DNA of 64,000 nt from Candidatus Parcubacteria bacterium (GTDB taxonomy: Bacteria; Patescibacteriota; Minisyncoccia; Phycocordibacterales; UBA6065): NCBI GenBank assembly GCA_039796155.1, contig JBDKKJ010000002.1, positions 97,161 to 161,160 on the forward strand. Reading direction: 5' to 3'. Made by a program: the position numbers and the translations under genes. The notes below the pieces were generated by a model. The model was not told the DNA's origin, did no database searches, and was given only the letters and a program-made list of their open reading frames with translations. This document shows positions 25,235 to 34,914 of this stretch, piece after piece (positions within the stretch are counted from its first letter, which is position 1; each line of letters opens with the position of its first letter).

Positions 25235-25444
25235 TCTGTATCTTTTCGCAAGAAAGGCTACAGAAGGACTAGGACGGTCATAGCAGTGTTAGATAGATAC
25301 GAGCCTAATAGATATGTTACACAGAAGCTACCTGATATCGCAGTAATGCAGTATCAGTCCACACATGATTAACGAGAGACCAACGTCATGGATCCGAACT
25401 CGCAAGAGAGGATAAAGATAGAGTCCAACTTTGAGGAATAGTTG
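25235..25444 (+). mobile_element. 210-nt ORF-less insertion in 23S after the U equivalent to E. coli about U1931 (putative small group I intron)
   Basis: The exon junction CCTAAGGT|AGCGCAATTCC restores the universal CCUAAGGUAGCGAAAUUCC. The last exon nucleotide is U and the last insertion nucleotide is G. The first 31 nt form a GNRA-capped hairpin (tctgta tcttttc gcaa gaaagg c tacaga). Confidence 0.6.
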
Positions 25445-26105
25445 AGCGCAATTCCTTGTCAGGTAAGTTCTGACGCGTTGAATAGTGTAACGTCTGGGCA
25501 ACTGTCTCGGAGGACAGCTCGGTGAAAATACAATCCCGGTGAAGATGCCGGGTACCTGCAGTTAGACGAAAAGACCCTAGAAGCTTTACTATAGCTTGAT
25601 ATTGAATATACGATTGCGATGCGTAGCATAGACGTGAGACTTTGAAGTGCGCTTTCGGGTAGCATGGAGTCGCCAGTGAAATAGCGTTCTTCGTTGTTGT
25701 ATATTCTAACCCCAAGGGCAAAAACCATGGGAGACAGTATCTGGTGGGTAGTTTTAGTGGGGCGCTATCCTCCTAAAAAGTAACGGAGGAGCCTATTAAG
25801 GTCAGCTAGTCGCGAATGGAAACCGTGACGATAGTGTATGGGCATAAGCTGGCTTAACTGTAAGACGTACTTGTCGAGCAGATACGAAAGTAGAGCTAAG
25901 TGAACCGACCTTTCGCATTAGATGCGGGGGAAGATTATCGGACAAAAGCTACTCTAGGGATAACAGGCTCGTTCCGCCTAAGAGTTCATATCGACGGCGG
26001 AGTTCGGCACCTCGATGTCGGCTCGTCTTATCCTGGGGGTGGAGAAGCTCCCAAGGGTTTGGCTGTTCGCCAATTAAAAAGGCACGTGAGCTGGGTTCAG
26101 ACCGT

Positions 26106-26414
26106 TTAGATCGTGACGATTGCGCATTTTGCGCGGTGGTCATGCGCTAGACAGTCTGAATCCCTCGGACATCAAGGACACATGAGACACAACCAATCAC
26201 GGCGGTCGCACGGGGTAACCTTTGCGTACGTCATCAACTTATTTCGGTAAAATCCACACATAATATGATATGTAGGGACTATACCGAGGGAATTTTTGTT
26301 ACACGAATCTCGTGTTATGAAATGCCCGTAGAGACTAAACGTTGATCTCCTTACTAACAAAATAGGTAAGGATGAAGATATAGTCCATTCCGCACAGCAA
26401 TGTGCGAAAAGAAG
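26106..26414 (+). mobile_element. 309-nt ORF-less insertion in 23S after the U equivalent to E. coli about U2593 (putative group I intron at the I-CreI-type site)
   Basis: The exon junction TTCAGACCGT|CGTGAGACAGG restores UUAGAACGU|CGUGAGACAG. The 5' exon ends in U and the insertion ends in G. GCGGU(C) words that could pair with the exon ACCGU occur at about nt 30 and about nt 97 of the insertion. Confidence 0.6.
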
Positions 26415-26815
26415 CGTGAGACAGGTTGGTCTCCTATCTACTGCAGGCGTTGATTCTTGAGGAGCTTTGCTTCTAGTACGAGAGGACCGAAGTGAACGGA
26501 CCGCTGGTCTATCTGCTGTCACGCCCGTGGCAACGCAGAGTAGCTATGTCCGGAATGGATAACCACTGAAAGCATCTAAGTGGGAAACCAACTCCAAGAT
26601 AAGGAATCGTTTGAGAGCCCTAGAAGACTACTAGGTTGATAGGCTTTAGGTGTACGCACAGCAATGTGTTAAGCCGAGAAGTACTAATTGCTCGATCTTA
26701 TTAGGAAATTTATGAATCACACGGGTGTATCAAGGGGATACATGCCGGTTCTAATTTTCTCAGATTTTAATATACCTGACTTACTGTATTTCCAAATAAA
26801 CAACATAATTGAATT

Positions 26816-26934
26816 CTCTGTTCTGGTGATTCAACGCGATGGAACCACCTCTTCCCATCCCGAACAGAGAAGTTAAACGTCGTAGTGCCGATGATAGTCC
26901 TACAGGGCGAAAGTAGGTAGTCGCCAGTACAGAG
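26816..26934 (+). rRNA. rrf: 5S rRNA
   Basis: ..ctggtgat...ccacctcttcccatcccgaacagagaagttaaacg..gtgccgatgatagt...gtaggtagtcgccag.. The helix I ends pair and extend into flanking gaattc/gaattc. Confidence 0.9.
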
Positions 26935-26944
26935 AATTCAATTC

Positions 26945-26972
26945 AAAAAACCACCCGCAAGGGTGGTTTTTT
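26945..26972 (+). terminator. Intrinsic terminator after 5S
   Basis: aaaaccaccc-gcaa-gggtggtttttt. Confidence 0.7.
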
Positions 26973-27019
26973 GTTGCCTATATACACCAGCACTCTTTCC
27001 CTTTATACTAGTTAAATAT

Positions 27020-27781
27020 ATGGCATCCTGGTCAACTAAACGAAAATACGGCTATTTCTTCGGACTCATTTTTATGGTTGTCCTTCTTGGAGGAGTTCCA
27101 GCCTTTTTTCTATTTTATAAAGCTCCAACATGTTCTGATGGGAAACAAAATGGTGGAGAGCGGGGAGTAGATTGTGGAGGTAAGTGCGCACGACTTTGTC
27201 CTGCTGATTTTACATCTACACGGGTACTTTGGAGTCATTCAATGAAGATTCTTCCAGGTATATACAACTCGCTCACATACATTCAAAATCCAAATCAGGC
27301 TGTTGAGATAAAATCTCTTGATTACAGTATCAAACTCTACGATATAGAAGGGATTCTTATTGCTGAACGAAAGGGTTCAACATTTGTGCCGGCAGGACAA
27401 AAGTTTGTTGTTTTCCAAGGAGGTATCAAAACAGGTGAGCGAACTCCTGTAAAAACTACATTTGAATTCACCGCTGAACCTCTGTGGAGACCAGGAAACG
27501 TTCTTTCAAAGCTTCGTGTGCTTAATTCTGAACTTGAGCAAAGTAATTCACCAAAGGTAGAGGTAAAGATTCAGAATGATGCAGTGGATCAGAGTTTTTC
27601 GAACATCGATGCGTATGTCATTTTGTATGATAAAGACGACAATCGTGTAGCGTTCTCAAAGACTGTTATTGAGCAGATAGGAGCGACAGAGGTGCAGTCA
27701 CTCTACTTCACCTGGCCTGAAGCCTTTGTACGGCCTATAGTGCGTACAGAGGTCGTATTCATGGCTCGTCCTCGTAACTAA
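27020..27781 (+). CDS. Membrane-anchored hypothetical protein with N-proximal Cys cluster
   Basis: Start re-called at ATG 27020. MASWSTKRKYGYFFGLIFMVVLLGGVPAFFLF (TM) is followed by CSDGKQNGGERGVDCGGKCARLC. The gene lies immediately upstream of the SEDS gene. Confidence 0.45.
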   Translation: MASWSTKRKYGYFFGLIFMVVLLGGVPAFFLFYKAPTCSDGKQNGGERGVDCGGKCARLCPADFTSTRVLWSHSMKILPGIYNSLTYIQNPNQAVEIKSLDYSIKLYDIEGILIAERKGSTFVPAGQKFVVFQGGIKTGERTPVKTTFEFTAEPLWRPGNVLSKLRVLNSELEQSNSPKVEVKIQNDAVDQSFSNIDAYVILYDKDDNRVAFSKTVIEQIGATEVQSLYFTWPEAFVRPIVRTEVVFMARPRN

Positions 27782-27782
27782 T

Positions 27783-28928
27783 ATGCCAGACATTGTTAAA
27801 GGCTTTGGCGCACGGATTGCGCGTTCTCCTATAGATTGGGTAATGCTTGGCGCTGCGATTACCCTCGTGCTTTTTGGTCTTGTAACCATGAACTCGTTTG
27901 TAGGGTCAAATTACTACTTTGAGAAGCAGGGGATTTGGCTTGTTGTCTCTCTGGGCGTCTTCTTCGGGGTAAGTCTAATTGACTGGTCTTTTCTTAAGCG
28001 TACACAAGTTCTCATCACACTTTTTGGAGCGCTCCTTGCACTTCTTGGGTCACTTCTTTTCCTTGTGCGGGCTATTAAAGGTGCTCAGAGCTGGATCGAC
28101 TTTGGCCTTTTTTCATTTCAACCAACAGATTTTGCAAAGCTTCTTTTGATTCTCATTTTGGCAAAATACTTTTCACGCAGACATGTTGAAATTGCCCGCA
28201 TACGTCATGTAATTGTCTCAGGTGTGTATGCGTTTATACTGTTTGCTCTGGTTGCATTACAGCCTGACTTCGGAGGGGCGGTTATTATTGCCTCGGTATG
28301 GCTCGGTATGGTGCTCATCTCGGGTATTTCAAGAAAACATATTCTCATCCTTTTTACCTGTGCGGCAATTGCTTTTACAGTGCTCTGGAATTTTGGTTTT
28401 AAAGACTATCAAAAGGATAGAATTCTTACATTTATCCATCCGCTGGCTGATATACGTGGTACGGGATACAACGCGTATCAGTCAACTATTGCCGTAGGAT
28501 CCGGAGAGATTGTAGGCAAGGGAATTGGCTACGGTACACAGTCGAAATTGAAATTCCTTCCCGAATATCAGACAGACTTTATTTTTGCAGCCTTTGCTGA
28601 AGAGTGGGGATTTCTTGGCGTAATACTTTTCTTTGGAGCTTTTGGAGTACTTATATGGCGCATTATCGCTAATGCACGAAGGGGTACAACTAATTTTGAG
28701 ATACTCTACGGTCTGGGTCTTTCAATACTGTTCATGAGTCATTTCTTCATCAATGTGGGTATGAATATGGGACTTCTTCCGGTTACGGGAATTACACTGC
28801 CGTTTGTTTCGTACGGAGGATCACACCTTTTAACATCGTTCTTCGCTTTAGGTATTTTGCAGTCACAGCGCAGATATATGCGCGGTGTTCATAAAGAAGA
28901 GACCAAAAACGAATTCCTCGGTATATAA
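27783..28928 (+). CDS. SEDS-family peptidoglycan polymerase (FtsW/RodA/SpoVE)
   Basis: 381 aa, about 10 TM helices. ..FQPTDFAKLLLILILAKY.., ..LQPDFGGAVII.., ..EYQTDFIFAAFAEEWGFLG.., ..LPFVSYGGSHLL.. are SEDS signatures. Confidence 0.9.
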   Translation: MPDIVKGFGARIARSPIDWVMLGAAITLVLFGLVTMNSFVGSNYYFEKQGIWLVVSLGVFFGVSLIDWSFLKRTQVLITLFGALLALLGSLLFLVRAIKGAQSWIDFGLFSFQPTDFAKLLLILILAKYFSRRHVEIARIRHVIVSGVYAFILFALVALQPDFGGAVIIASVWLGMVLISGISRKHILILFTCAAIAFTVLWNFGFKDYQKDRILTFIHPLADIRGTGYNAYQSTIAVGSGEIVGKGIGYGTQSKLKFLPEYQTDFIFAAFAEEWGFLGVILFFGAFGVLIWRIIANARRGTTNFEILYGLGLSILFMSHFFINVGMNMGLLPVTGITLPFVSYGGSHLLTSFFALGILQSQRRYMRGVHKEETKNEFLGI

Positions 28929-28929
28929 C

Positions 28930-30039
28930 TTATTTCGTCTTGTAGACTTCAACGGTTTTCTCAACCATCTTTGTAAGAGAGAATTCATTTTTAACCCTTT
29001 CGTTGAGCGCTTTACCAAGGTTCATGCGGTTTTCAGGATTTCCGTGAAGAGAGGTGAGTGCTCGTTCTATTTCTTTATTATTTTTTGAATGAATCAAAAT
29101 ACCCGACTTCAAGTCCTCGATTATTTCAGGAATTCCACCGACAGATGTAGCCACCACAGGTACAGATGCGAGGCCGGCTTCGAGTAGTACGTAACCAAAT
29201 GCCTCCGAAAGCGAAGGAAGAAGGAAGATGTCGAAAGCTTTCACATACTTTGAAGCATCAGGGAGAAATCCTGTGAGGTGAACTTTCGTTTCAAGTTTTT
29301 TATCAGCGATTTCTTTTTCGAGTGTTTGTTTGAGATCACCCGTACCGATGATGGTATAGCTGAAAGGGAACGTAAGGGTGCGCACGGCATCGATGGCGTA
29401 CGTGAGACCTTTAACAGGATGAAGTTCTGCGATGGTTCCAATAGAGAATGTGTCGTGGGCAATACCAAGGTGCTTGCGGGCTTCCTCTTTATCCATAGGA
29501 TCTGAGGCTTCAAGTCCAAGATGAACAACCCGGATTCTCTTGTCCATATACGGCATGTGTAAAATCTGGCGCCTTACCGCATCAGATACTGCAATAGTCG
29601 TATGTGAGAGCATGACGGTCGTCCAGTGAAGAATGGTAATGAGCCACTTTGAAATGGTTCCTCGATCTTCGTTAAATGCCCATGCGTGTGCGGTAAAGAT
29701 AATGTGTGGCACACGAAGTATCCGTGCAGCAAGTCCACCAACACCTCCGATTTTTGAACTGTTCACGTGTACGACGTCTGGCTTTTCCTTTCGCATCACA
29801 TTCCAGAGCCAAAAGAAGACAGCGATGTCTTTAAAAGGATTTACGTTTTTCTGGAGAAAGGGAATAGAGATTGTCCGCACTTCTACTGCATCTAGTTTTG
29901 TCTTAAGAAGACCATCACCACCAAGGGCAACAGTGACTGAGTGGGTGTCTTTGAGTGAACGTGCTATGTCGAATACATAACGCTGTGCACCTCCGAAGTT
30001 GGATTTTGTGATGAGAATCAGTATTTTTTGTTTTTCCAT
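28930..30039 (-). CDS. Glycosyltransferase family 4 (GT-B)
   Basis: ..ILITKSNFGGAQRYV.. at the N-terminus and ..LLPSLSEAFGYVLLEAGLASVPVVATSVGGIPEII.. (EX7E-type motif). Confidence 0.85.
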   Translation of the reverse strand: MEKQKILILITKSNFGGAQRYVFDIARSLKDTHSVTVALGGDGLLKTKLDAVEVRTISIPFLQKNVNPFKDIAVFFWLWNVMRKEKPDVVHVNSSKIGGVGGLAARILRVPHIIFTAHAWAFNEDRGTISKWLITILHWTTVMLSHTTIAVSDAVRRQILHMPYMDKRIRVVHLGLEASDPMDKEEARKHLGIAHDTFSIGTIAELHPVKGLTYAIDAVRTLTFPFSYTIIGTGDLKQTLEKEIADKKLETKVHLTGFLPDASKYVKAFDIFLLPSLSEAFGYVLLEAGLASVPVVATSVGGIPEIIEDLKSGILIHSKNNKEIERALTSLHGNPENRMNLGKALNERVKNEFSLTKMVEKTVEVYKTK

Positions 30040-30174
30040 AAAGGTAGCTTAAATTATAGCTTTTTTTAGAGAAATAAGGAGCTTTGCGACTATATTTACC
30101 CTTATCCCCCTTGGGGAAAGAGTTTTTCGCTAACCCTTGTAACCTGCAAGCGTTACTGTATATTATAGTTCTAT

Positions 30175-31479
30175 ATGAATACCCTTGGCCGAAAGACCCC
30201 ATTTATCCTGCTTGTCGGCGACATTGTTATCTGTGTTGTAGCTCTCTGGCTTACGCTTCTTATTCGGTACCAGGTAATTCCAGACCCTGAATTGTTTTTC
30301 AGTCATCTTGTGCCGTTTTTAACCCTCTTTCTTTTGTGGGTCCTTTCATATTTTATTGCCGGCCTTTATGAAAGAAGCACTGCGATACTCCGTGCATCAA
30401 CCTATCAGACACTTTTGTACGCCCAGCTCGCTAATGCTGCGCTCGCGGTTGGATTCTTTTACTTTTACCCAACATCGATTGCACCAAAGACAAATCTTCT
30501 GTTGTACTTCATCGTTTCAACACTCCTTATCTTTGGATGGAGAGCTTTTGTCTATCGTTTTGTTATTCGAGAAAAGCGCGAGGAGTCTATTGTTATCGGA
30601 AGCGGGGTAGAACTTAAGGAACTCAAAGAAGTTGGCTATACACAGGTGTTTGACCTTGATGCGCCGTCTAACAATCTTGAAAAAGATGTGAAATCTATTG
30701 TCTCAAAAGGAGCTTCAATGATTGTAATCGACCTGTCGCACCCAAAGGTACAGGGACTTCTTCCTGAACTCTATAATCTCTTGTTGTCGAAGATACGTTT
30801 CATTGATATTCACCAAGTGTACGAAAGCGTGTTTAATCGAGTTGCTCTCACGCTTGTCACACACAGCTGGTTTCTTGAGAATATTTCAGCATCTCCGAAA
30901 CATGTCTATGACATCATAAAAAGGGTGATGGACTTTACGTTTGCTGGGATTGGAAGCCTTGTGTCGCTTGTGGTATATCCGTTTGTATACATTGCCATTA
31001 AACTCGATGATAAAGGGCCGGTGTTCGTTGTTCAGGAAAGAATTGGTAAAGATAATAAAGTAATTAAGCTTCTTAAATTCCGAAGCATGCGAGCAAGCGA
31101 CAAGGGCGTGTGGGTAAAGGAAGGGGACGATCGCATCACTCGAGTGGGCAAGTTTATTCGAAAGACACGTATTGATGAACTGCCTCAGCTTTTCTCGGTT
31201 GTTAAAGGAGATATGTCGCTTGTGGGTCCACGACCAGACATCTATGATCTTGGTGTGAAACTTTCTGAGGAAATTCCGTATTATACTTTACGCACCATCA
31301 TAAAGCCGGGGTTGTCAGGATGGGCGCAGATACGACAGGAATTGCCACCACAGTCACTCGAAGAGACAAAGGTTCGTTTGGCCTACGATTTTTATTACAT
31401 AAAGCATCGATCACTCTTTCTTGATATAAAGATTGCACTTCAGACTATTGCAACTCTTCTTTCAAGAAGCGGAAAATAA
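30175..31479 (+). CDS. Polyprenyl-phosphate glycosyl-1-phosphate transferase (WbaP/bacterial sugar transferase family)
   Basis: N-terminal TM helices and a C-terminal catalytic block ..KRVMDFTFAGIGSLV....KGPVFVVQERIGKDNKVIKLLKFRSM........DELPQLFSVVKGDMSLVGPRP.. Confidence 0.85.
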   Translation: MNTLGRKTPFILLVGDIVICVVALWLTLLIRYQVIPDPELFFSHLVPFLTLFLLWVLSYFIAGLYERSTAILRASTYQTLLYAQLANAALAVGFFYFYPTSIAPKTNLLLYFIVSTLLIFGWRAFVYRFVIREKREESIVIGSGVELKELKEVGYTQVFDLDAPSNNLEKDVKSIVSKGASMIVIDLSHPKVQGLLPELYNLLLSKIRFIDIHQVYESVFNRVALTLVTHSWFLENISASPKHVYDIIKRVMDFTFAGIGSLVSLVVYPFVYIAIKLDDKGPVFVVQERIGKDNKVIKLLKFRSMRASDKGVWVKEGDDRITRVGKFIRKTRIDELPQLFSVVKGDMSLVGPRPDIYDLGVKLSEEIPYYTLRTIIKPGLSGWAQIRQELPPQSLEETKVRLAYDFYYIKHRSLFLDIKIALQTIATLLSRSGK

Positions 31480-31483
31480 CACC

Positions 31484-32539
31484 ATGTCTAAATTATTCAT
31501 TACAGGAGGTTCGGGATACGTCGGTGCAATGCTCATTCAGCAGTTTGTTGAGCGACCAGATGTGTCTGCTATTTTTACGGTTGATAAAGAACTAGCTTCT
31601 GAACTCTATGCAGGGAATAAGAAGGTCACATTCATCCAGTCAAACCTTGCTGATACAGAAAACTGGTTGGCGCAGGCAAAGGCATTTGCTCCTGATGTTG
31701 TTGTACATACCGCGTGGCAGATTCGTGAAATGTACGGCCAAAAAGATACTCAGTGGAAGTGGAATATCGATGGCTCTGATGCTGTATTTGATTTTGCTTT
31801 TGGAACTCCATCTGTAAAGAAGTTGATTCATTTTTCTACTGTTGCTTCATATGGCGCGTACCCAACAAACACCATTGATCATTACTTTAAAGAAGCGGAG
31901 GGTTTTAGAAAGACTGATTACCTTTATGCAGAAGAAAAGAGAATTACTGAAGAACACCTCGAAGCAAAATACTCTGAAGCAAAGAAGGCGGGGAAGATTC
32001 CTCAAGTGTTTATTGTGCGCCCAGCCGCAATCACCGGCCCTCGCGGTCGTTACATGCGTATACGATTCGGTCTTCAAGCAGCCCTCTCGGGACAGCTCCG
32101 TGAAAACTTTATTCACCGAGTCATCTCAGCGATGGTTTCGTTTGTGCCTGTTACTTCAAAGTGGCTTCGCCAGTTTATTCACGAGGACGATGTAACTGAC
32201 ATTGTTGCGCTTCTCGCACTCACGCCGGTAAAGGGGGAATACGAAGCGTTTAATATCTGTCCTCCTGGAGCACCAGTGCTTGGTCCCGATATGGCACAGG
32301 CAGTTAACAAAAAAGCCATTCGTGTGAGCCCATATCTGATCCGACCCGTATTCTTTATCATGTGGCACATTTCTCGAGGAAAAGTGCCTACATCAAAAGG
32401 TGGTTGGAAATCATATTCGTATCCAATCGCTGTAGACGGTTCGAAATTGACTCAGATGTACGGATACAAGTACAAGTTTGAACCAAAGGACGCATTTGTT
32501 AAAAAAGAAGGACGCTATGCCAAATACATCAAAAACTAA
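31484..32539 (+). CDS. NAD-dependent epimerase/dehydratase family (SDR) protein
   Basis: Start re-called at ATG 31484: MSKLFITGGSGYVGAML.. (Rossmann GxxGxxG). ..YLYAEEK.. is a YxxxK-like motif. Confidence 0.7.
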   Translation: MSKLFITGGSGYVGAMLIQQFVERPDVSAIFTVDKELASELYAGNKKVTFIQSNLADTENWLAQAKAFAPDVVVHTAWQIREMYGQKDTQWKWNIDGSDAVFDFAFGTPSVKKLIHFSTVASYGAYPTNTIDHYFKEAEGFRKTDYLYAEEKRITEEHLEAKYSEAKKAGKIPQVFIVRPAAITGPRGRYMRIRFGLQAALSGQLRENFIHRVISAMVSFVPVTSKWLRQFIHEDDVTDIVALLALTPVKGEYEAFNICPPGAPVLGPDMAQAVNKKAIRVSPYLIRPVFFIMWHISRGKVPTSKGGWKSYSYPIAVDGSKLTQMYGYKYKFEPKDAFVKKEGRYAKYIKN

Positions 32540-33464
32540 AAATTCAGTTACAAAGAAAGCTCTTGTTATCGGCGGTGCTGGTTTCATTGGTTCTCATTTG
32601 ACCGACGCTCTTATTAAAGACGGCTATGAAGTGTTGGTGTTCGACAATCTTTCAAATGGCAAGAAAGAAAACGTAAACAAGAAAGCTGTTCTTCAGGTGG
32701 GGGATATTCGAAATGCAGAAGATCTCAAAAAGGCTTTCATGTACCTCGGTCCAGGGGTATGTGTATTTCATTTAGCATGTCTTCCACGTGTGCAGTTTTC
32801 TATTGATTTTCCACGTGAGTCCCACGATGCAAATATAAACGGAACACTTAACGTGCTTCTAGCTTCACACGAAGGTAAAGCAAATCGAGTTATTTATTCT
32901 GCATCAAGCTCTGCATATGGCGATCAGGATGTTTTGCCGCTTGTTGAAACTATGAAGCCAAATCCAAAGAGCCCGTACGCGCTTCAGAAACACACCGGCG
33001 AGCTCTATGCGAAAGTTGCGTTCGAAGCATACGGCCTTGGCACTGTGTGTCTTCGCTACTTTAATGTCTACGGTCCACGTCAGGAGCCAGATGGTTCATA
33101 TGCTCAGGCTATTCCAAAGTTTATTGGACAGCGAAAGAAGGGGATATCTATCACTATCACGGGTGACGGTAAACAGACTCGTGACGCAACACATGTCTCT
33201 GATGTTGTGCGAGCAAACATGTTGGCCGCAAAGAGTAAGAAGGTAGGAAAGGGAGAGGTAATCAATATCGGTTCAGGTAAGAATCATTCAGTGTTAAAAC
33301 TCGCCGCGCTTATTGGTGGACCAGTGGTTCATATCGAAGCTCGATTGGAACCTCGTAATACTCAAGCAGATATTCGTTTAGCAAAAAAGTTACTCGGTTG
33401 GGTGCCAAAGGTGACTTTGGAGAAGGGGATAAAGGAGCTTAAAAAATTAAGTGGGTTGAAGTAG
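32517..33464 (+). CDS. NAD-dependent sugar epimerase/dehydratase (UDP-glucose 4-epimerase / UDP-xylose synthase-like)
   Basis: ALVIGGAGFIGSHL..., ..SSSSAYG.., ..SPYALQK.. (YxxxK), ..RYFNVYGPRQ.. Start re-called at ATG 32517. Confidence 0.8.
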   Translation: MPNTSKTKNSVTKKALVIGGAGFIGSHLTDALIKDGYEVLVFDNLSNGKKENVNKKAVLQVGDIRNAEDLKKAFMYLGPGVCVFHLACLPRVQFSIDFPRESHDANINGTLNVLLASHEGKANRVIYSASSSAYGDQDVLPLVETMKPNPKSPYALQKHTGELYAKVAFEAYGLGTVCLRYFNVYGPRQEPDGSYAQAIPKFIGQRKKGISITITGDGKQTRDATHVSDVVRANMLAAKSKKVGKGEVINIGSGKNHSVLKLAALIGGPVVHIEARLEPRNTQADIRLAKKLLGWVPKVTLEKGIKELKKLSGLK

Positions 33465-33469
33465 AAAAA

Positions 33470-33508
33470 CAAAGGCGGCGGGGACTTCGTCCCCGCCGCC
33501 TTTGTTTT
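33470..33508 (+). terminator. Intrinsic terminator
   Basis: aaaggcggcgggga-cttcg-tccccgccgccttt followed by gtttt. Confidence 0.7.
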
Positions 33509-33565
33509 CTTTGCAAAAACCTATAATAAGAGCTAGTATAGCCCTACATTAATACAGTAATTCAT

Positions 33566-34903
33566 ATGTGGAAAAAAAGAATTTCAGCCCTTGTGCTCTT
33601 GGTTATAGCGTTCGGTGTCGGTTATTTTACGTACGATAAAGCAGGAATCGAAACTCGATTCCCTTACAAGCTTGGTCTCGACCTTTCAGGTGGTACACAC
33701 CTTGTGTTCCGTGCTGATACTACAAACCTTCCTGATTCAGAAATCAGGGACGCGATGACTTCTCTTGCAGAGGTTGTAGAACGACGTGTAAACCTCTTCG
33801 GTGTATCTGAACCAATTGTTCAGGTGGAGACTGGGGGTACTGTGGGAAACACTGAGCATCGTCTTATTGTTGAACTCCCAGGTATTACTGATGTTAAGGA
33901 TGCGGTTGATTTGATTGGTAAAACACCAACTCTTGATTTTCGTCTTATGAAGCCAGGAGCAGATAAACTTACTCCTGATGAACAGAAGATTGCTACAATT
34001 GATGATATTTTCGTAACAACAGGACTCACAGGTCGCTACCTTAAAATTGCTCGATTGGAATTTGATCAGACAACATACGTTCCACACGTAGCTATTGAAT
34101 TCAATGACGACGGCGCAAAATTGTTTGCAAAAATCACAAAAGAAAATGTTGGAAAGGTTCTTGCCATCTTCCTCGACGGCGCACCTATTTCTACTCCAGT
34201 TATTCAGACTGAAATCTCTTCAGGGCAGGCAGTTATCAATGGTTCATTCAATGTAAGTCAGGCAAAGGCTCTTGTTCGCGATCTCAACTACGGAGCACTT
34301 CCTGTGCCAATTTTACTTGCATCTACTCAGACTGTAGGTGCGACCCTTGGTAAAGGTGCTCTTGATGCAAGCGTGTTCGCTGGTCTCGTTGCTCTCATTG
34401 CTGTGGCAATCTTCCTTATCGTTTGGTATCGAATTCCTGGTATTATTGCAACAATTGCACTCCTCATCTATGTTGCACTTAACCTCGCACTCTTCAAGCT
34501 TATTCCTGTAACTCTTACGGCTGCAGGTATTGCTGGATTTATTTTGACCCTCGGTATGGCCGTAGATGCGAACATCCTTATTTTCGAAAGAATGAAAGAA
34601 GAACTCGCTCGAGGTCACGCTTTACCTTTCGCTATTAAAGAAGGATTCCACCGCGCCTGGAACTCGATTCGAGATTCAAACTTGTCGTCTATTATTACTG
34701 CGATTATTCTTTATTACTTCGCATCAACTCCAGTTATCAAGGGATTTGCCCTTGTATTCGGGCTCGGTGTTGTCGTATCAATGTTCACTGCTATCACAGC
34801 GTCTCGAACGCTCCTCATGGCAGTAGGTGTAAAGGGAGAAAGTAAGTTTGCGCGATTCTTCTTTGGCTCAGGATTTATCCCGTCTAAGAAGCATTCTAAT
34901 TAA
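33566..34903 (+). CDS. secD: Protein translocase subunit SecD
   Basis: ..LGLDLSGGTHLVF.., ..EPIVQ.., and the C-terminal 6-TM block ..GYGALPVPI...TVGATLGK.....LTLGMAVDANILIFERMKEE.. Confidence 0.93.
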   Translation: MWKKRISALVLLVIAFGVGYFTYDKAGIETRFPYKLGLDLSGGTHLVFRADTTNLPDSEIRDAMTSLAEVVERRVNLFGVSEPIVQVETGGTVGNTEHRLIVELPGITDVKDAVDLIGKTPTLDFRLMKPGADKLTPDEQKIATIDDIFVTTGLTGRYLKIARLEFDQTTYVPHVAIEFNDDGAKLFAKITKENVGKVLAIFLDGAPISTPVIQTEISSGQAVINGSFNVSQAKALVRDLNYGALPVPILLASTQTVGATLGKGALDASVFAGLVALIAVAIFLIVWYRIPGIIATIALLIYVALNLALFKLIPVTLTAAGIAGFILTLGMAVDANILIFERMKEELARGHALPFAIKEGFHRAWNSIRDSNLSSIITAIILYYFASTPVIKGFALVFGLGVVVSMFTAITASRTLLMAVGVKGESKFARFFFGSGFIPSKKHSN

Positions 34904-34914
34904 TACCTACATAT

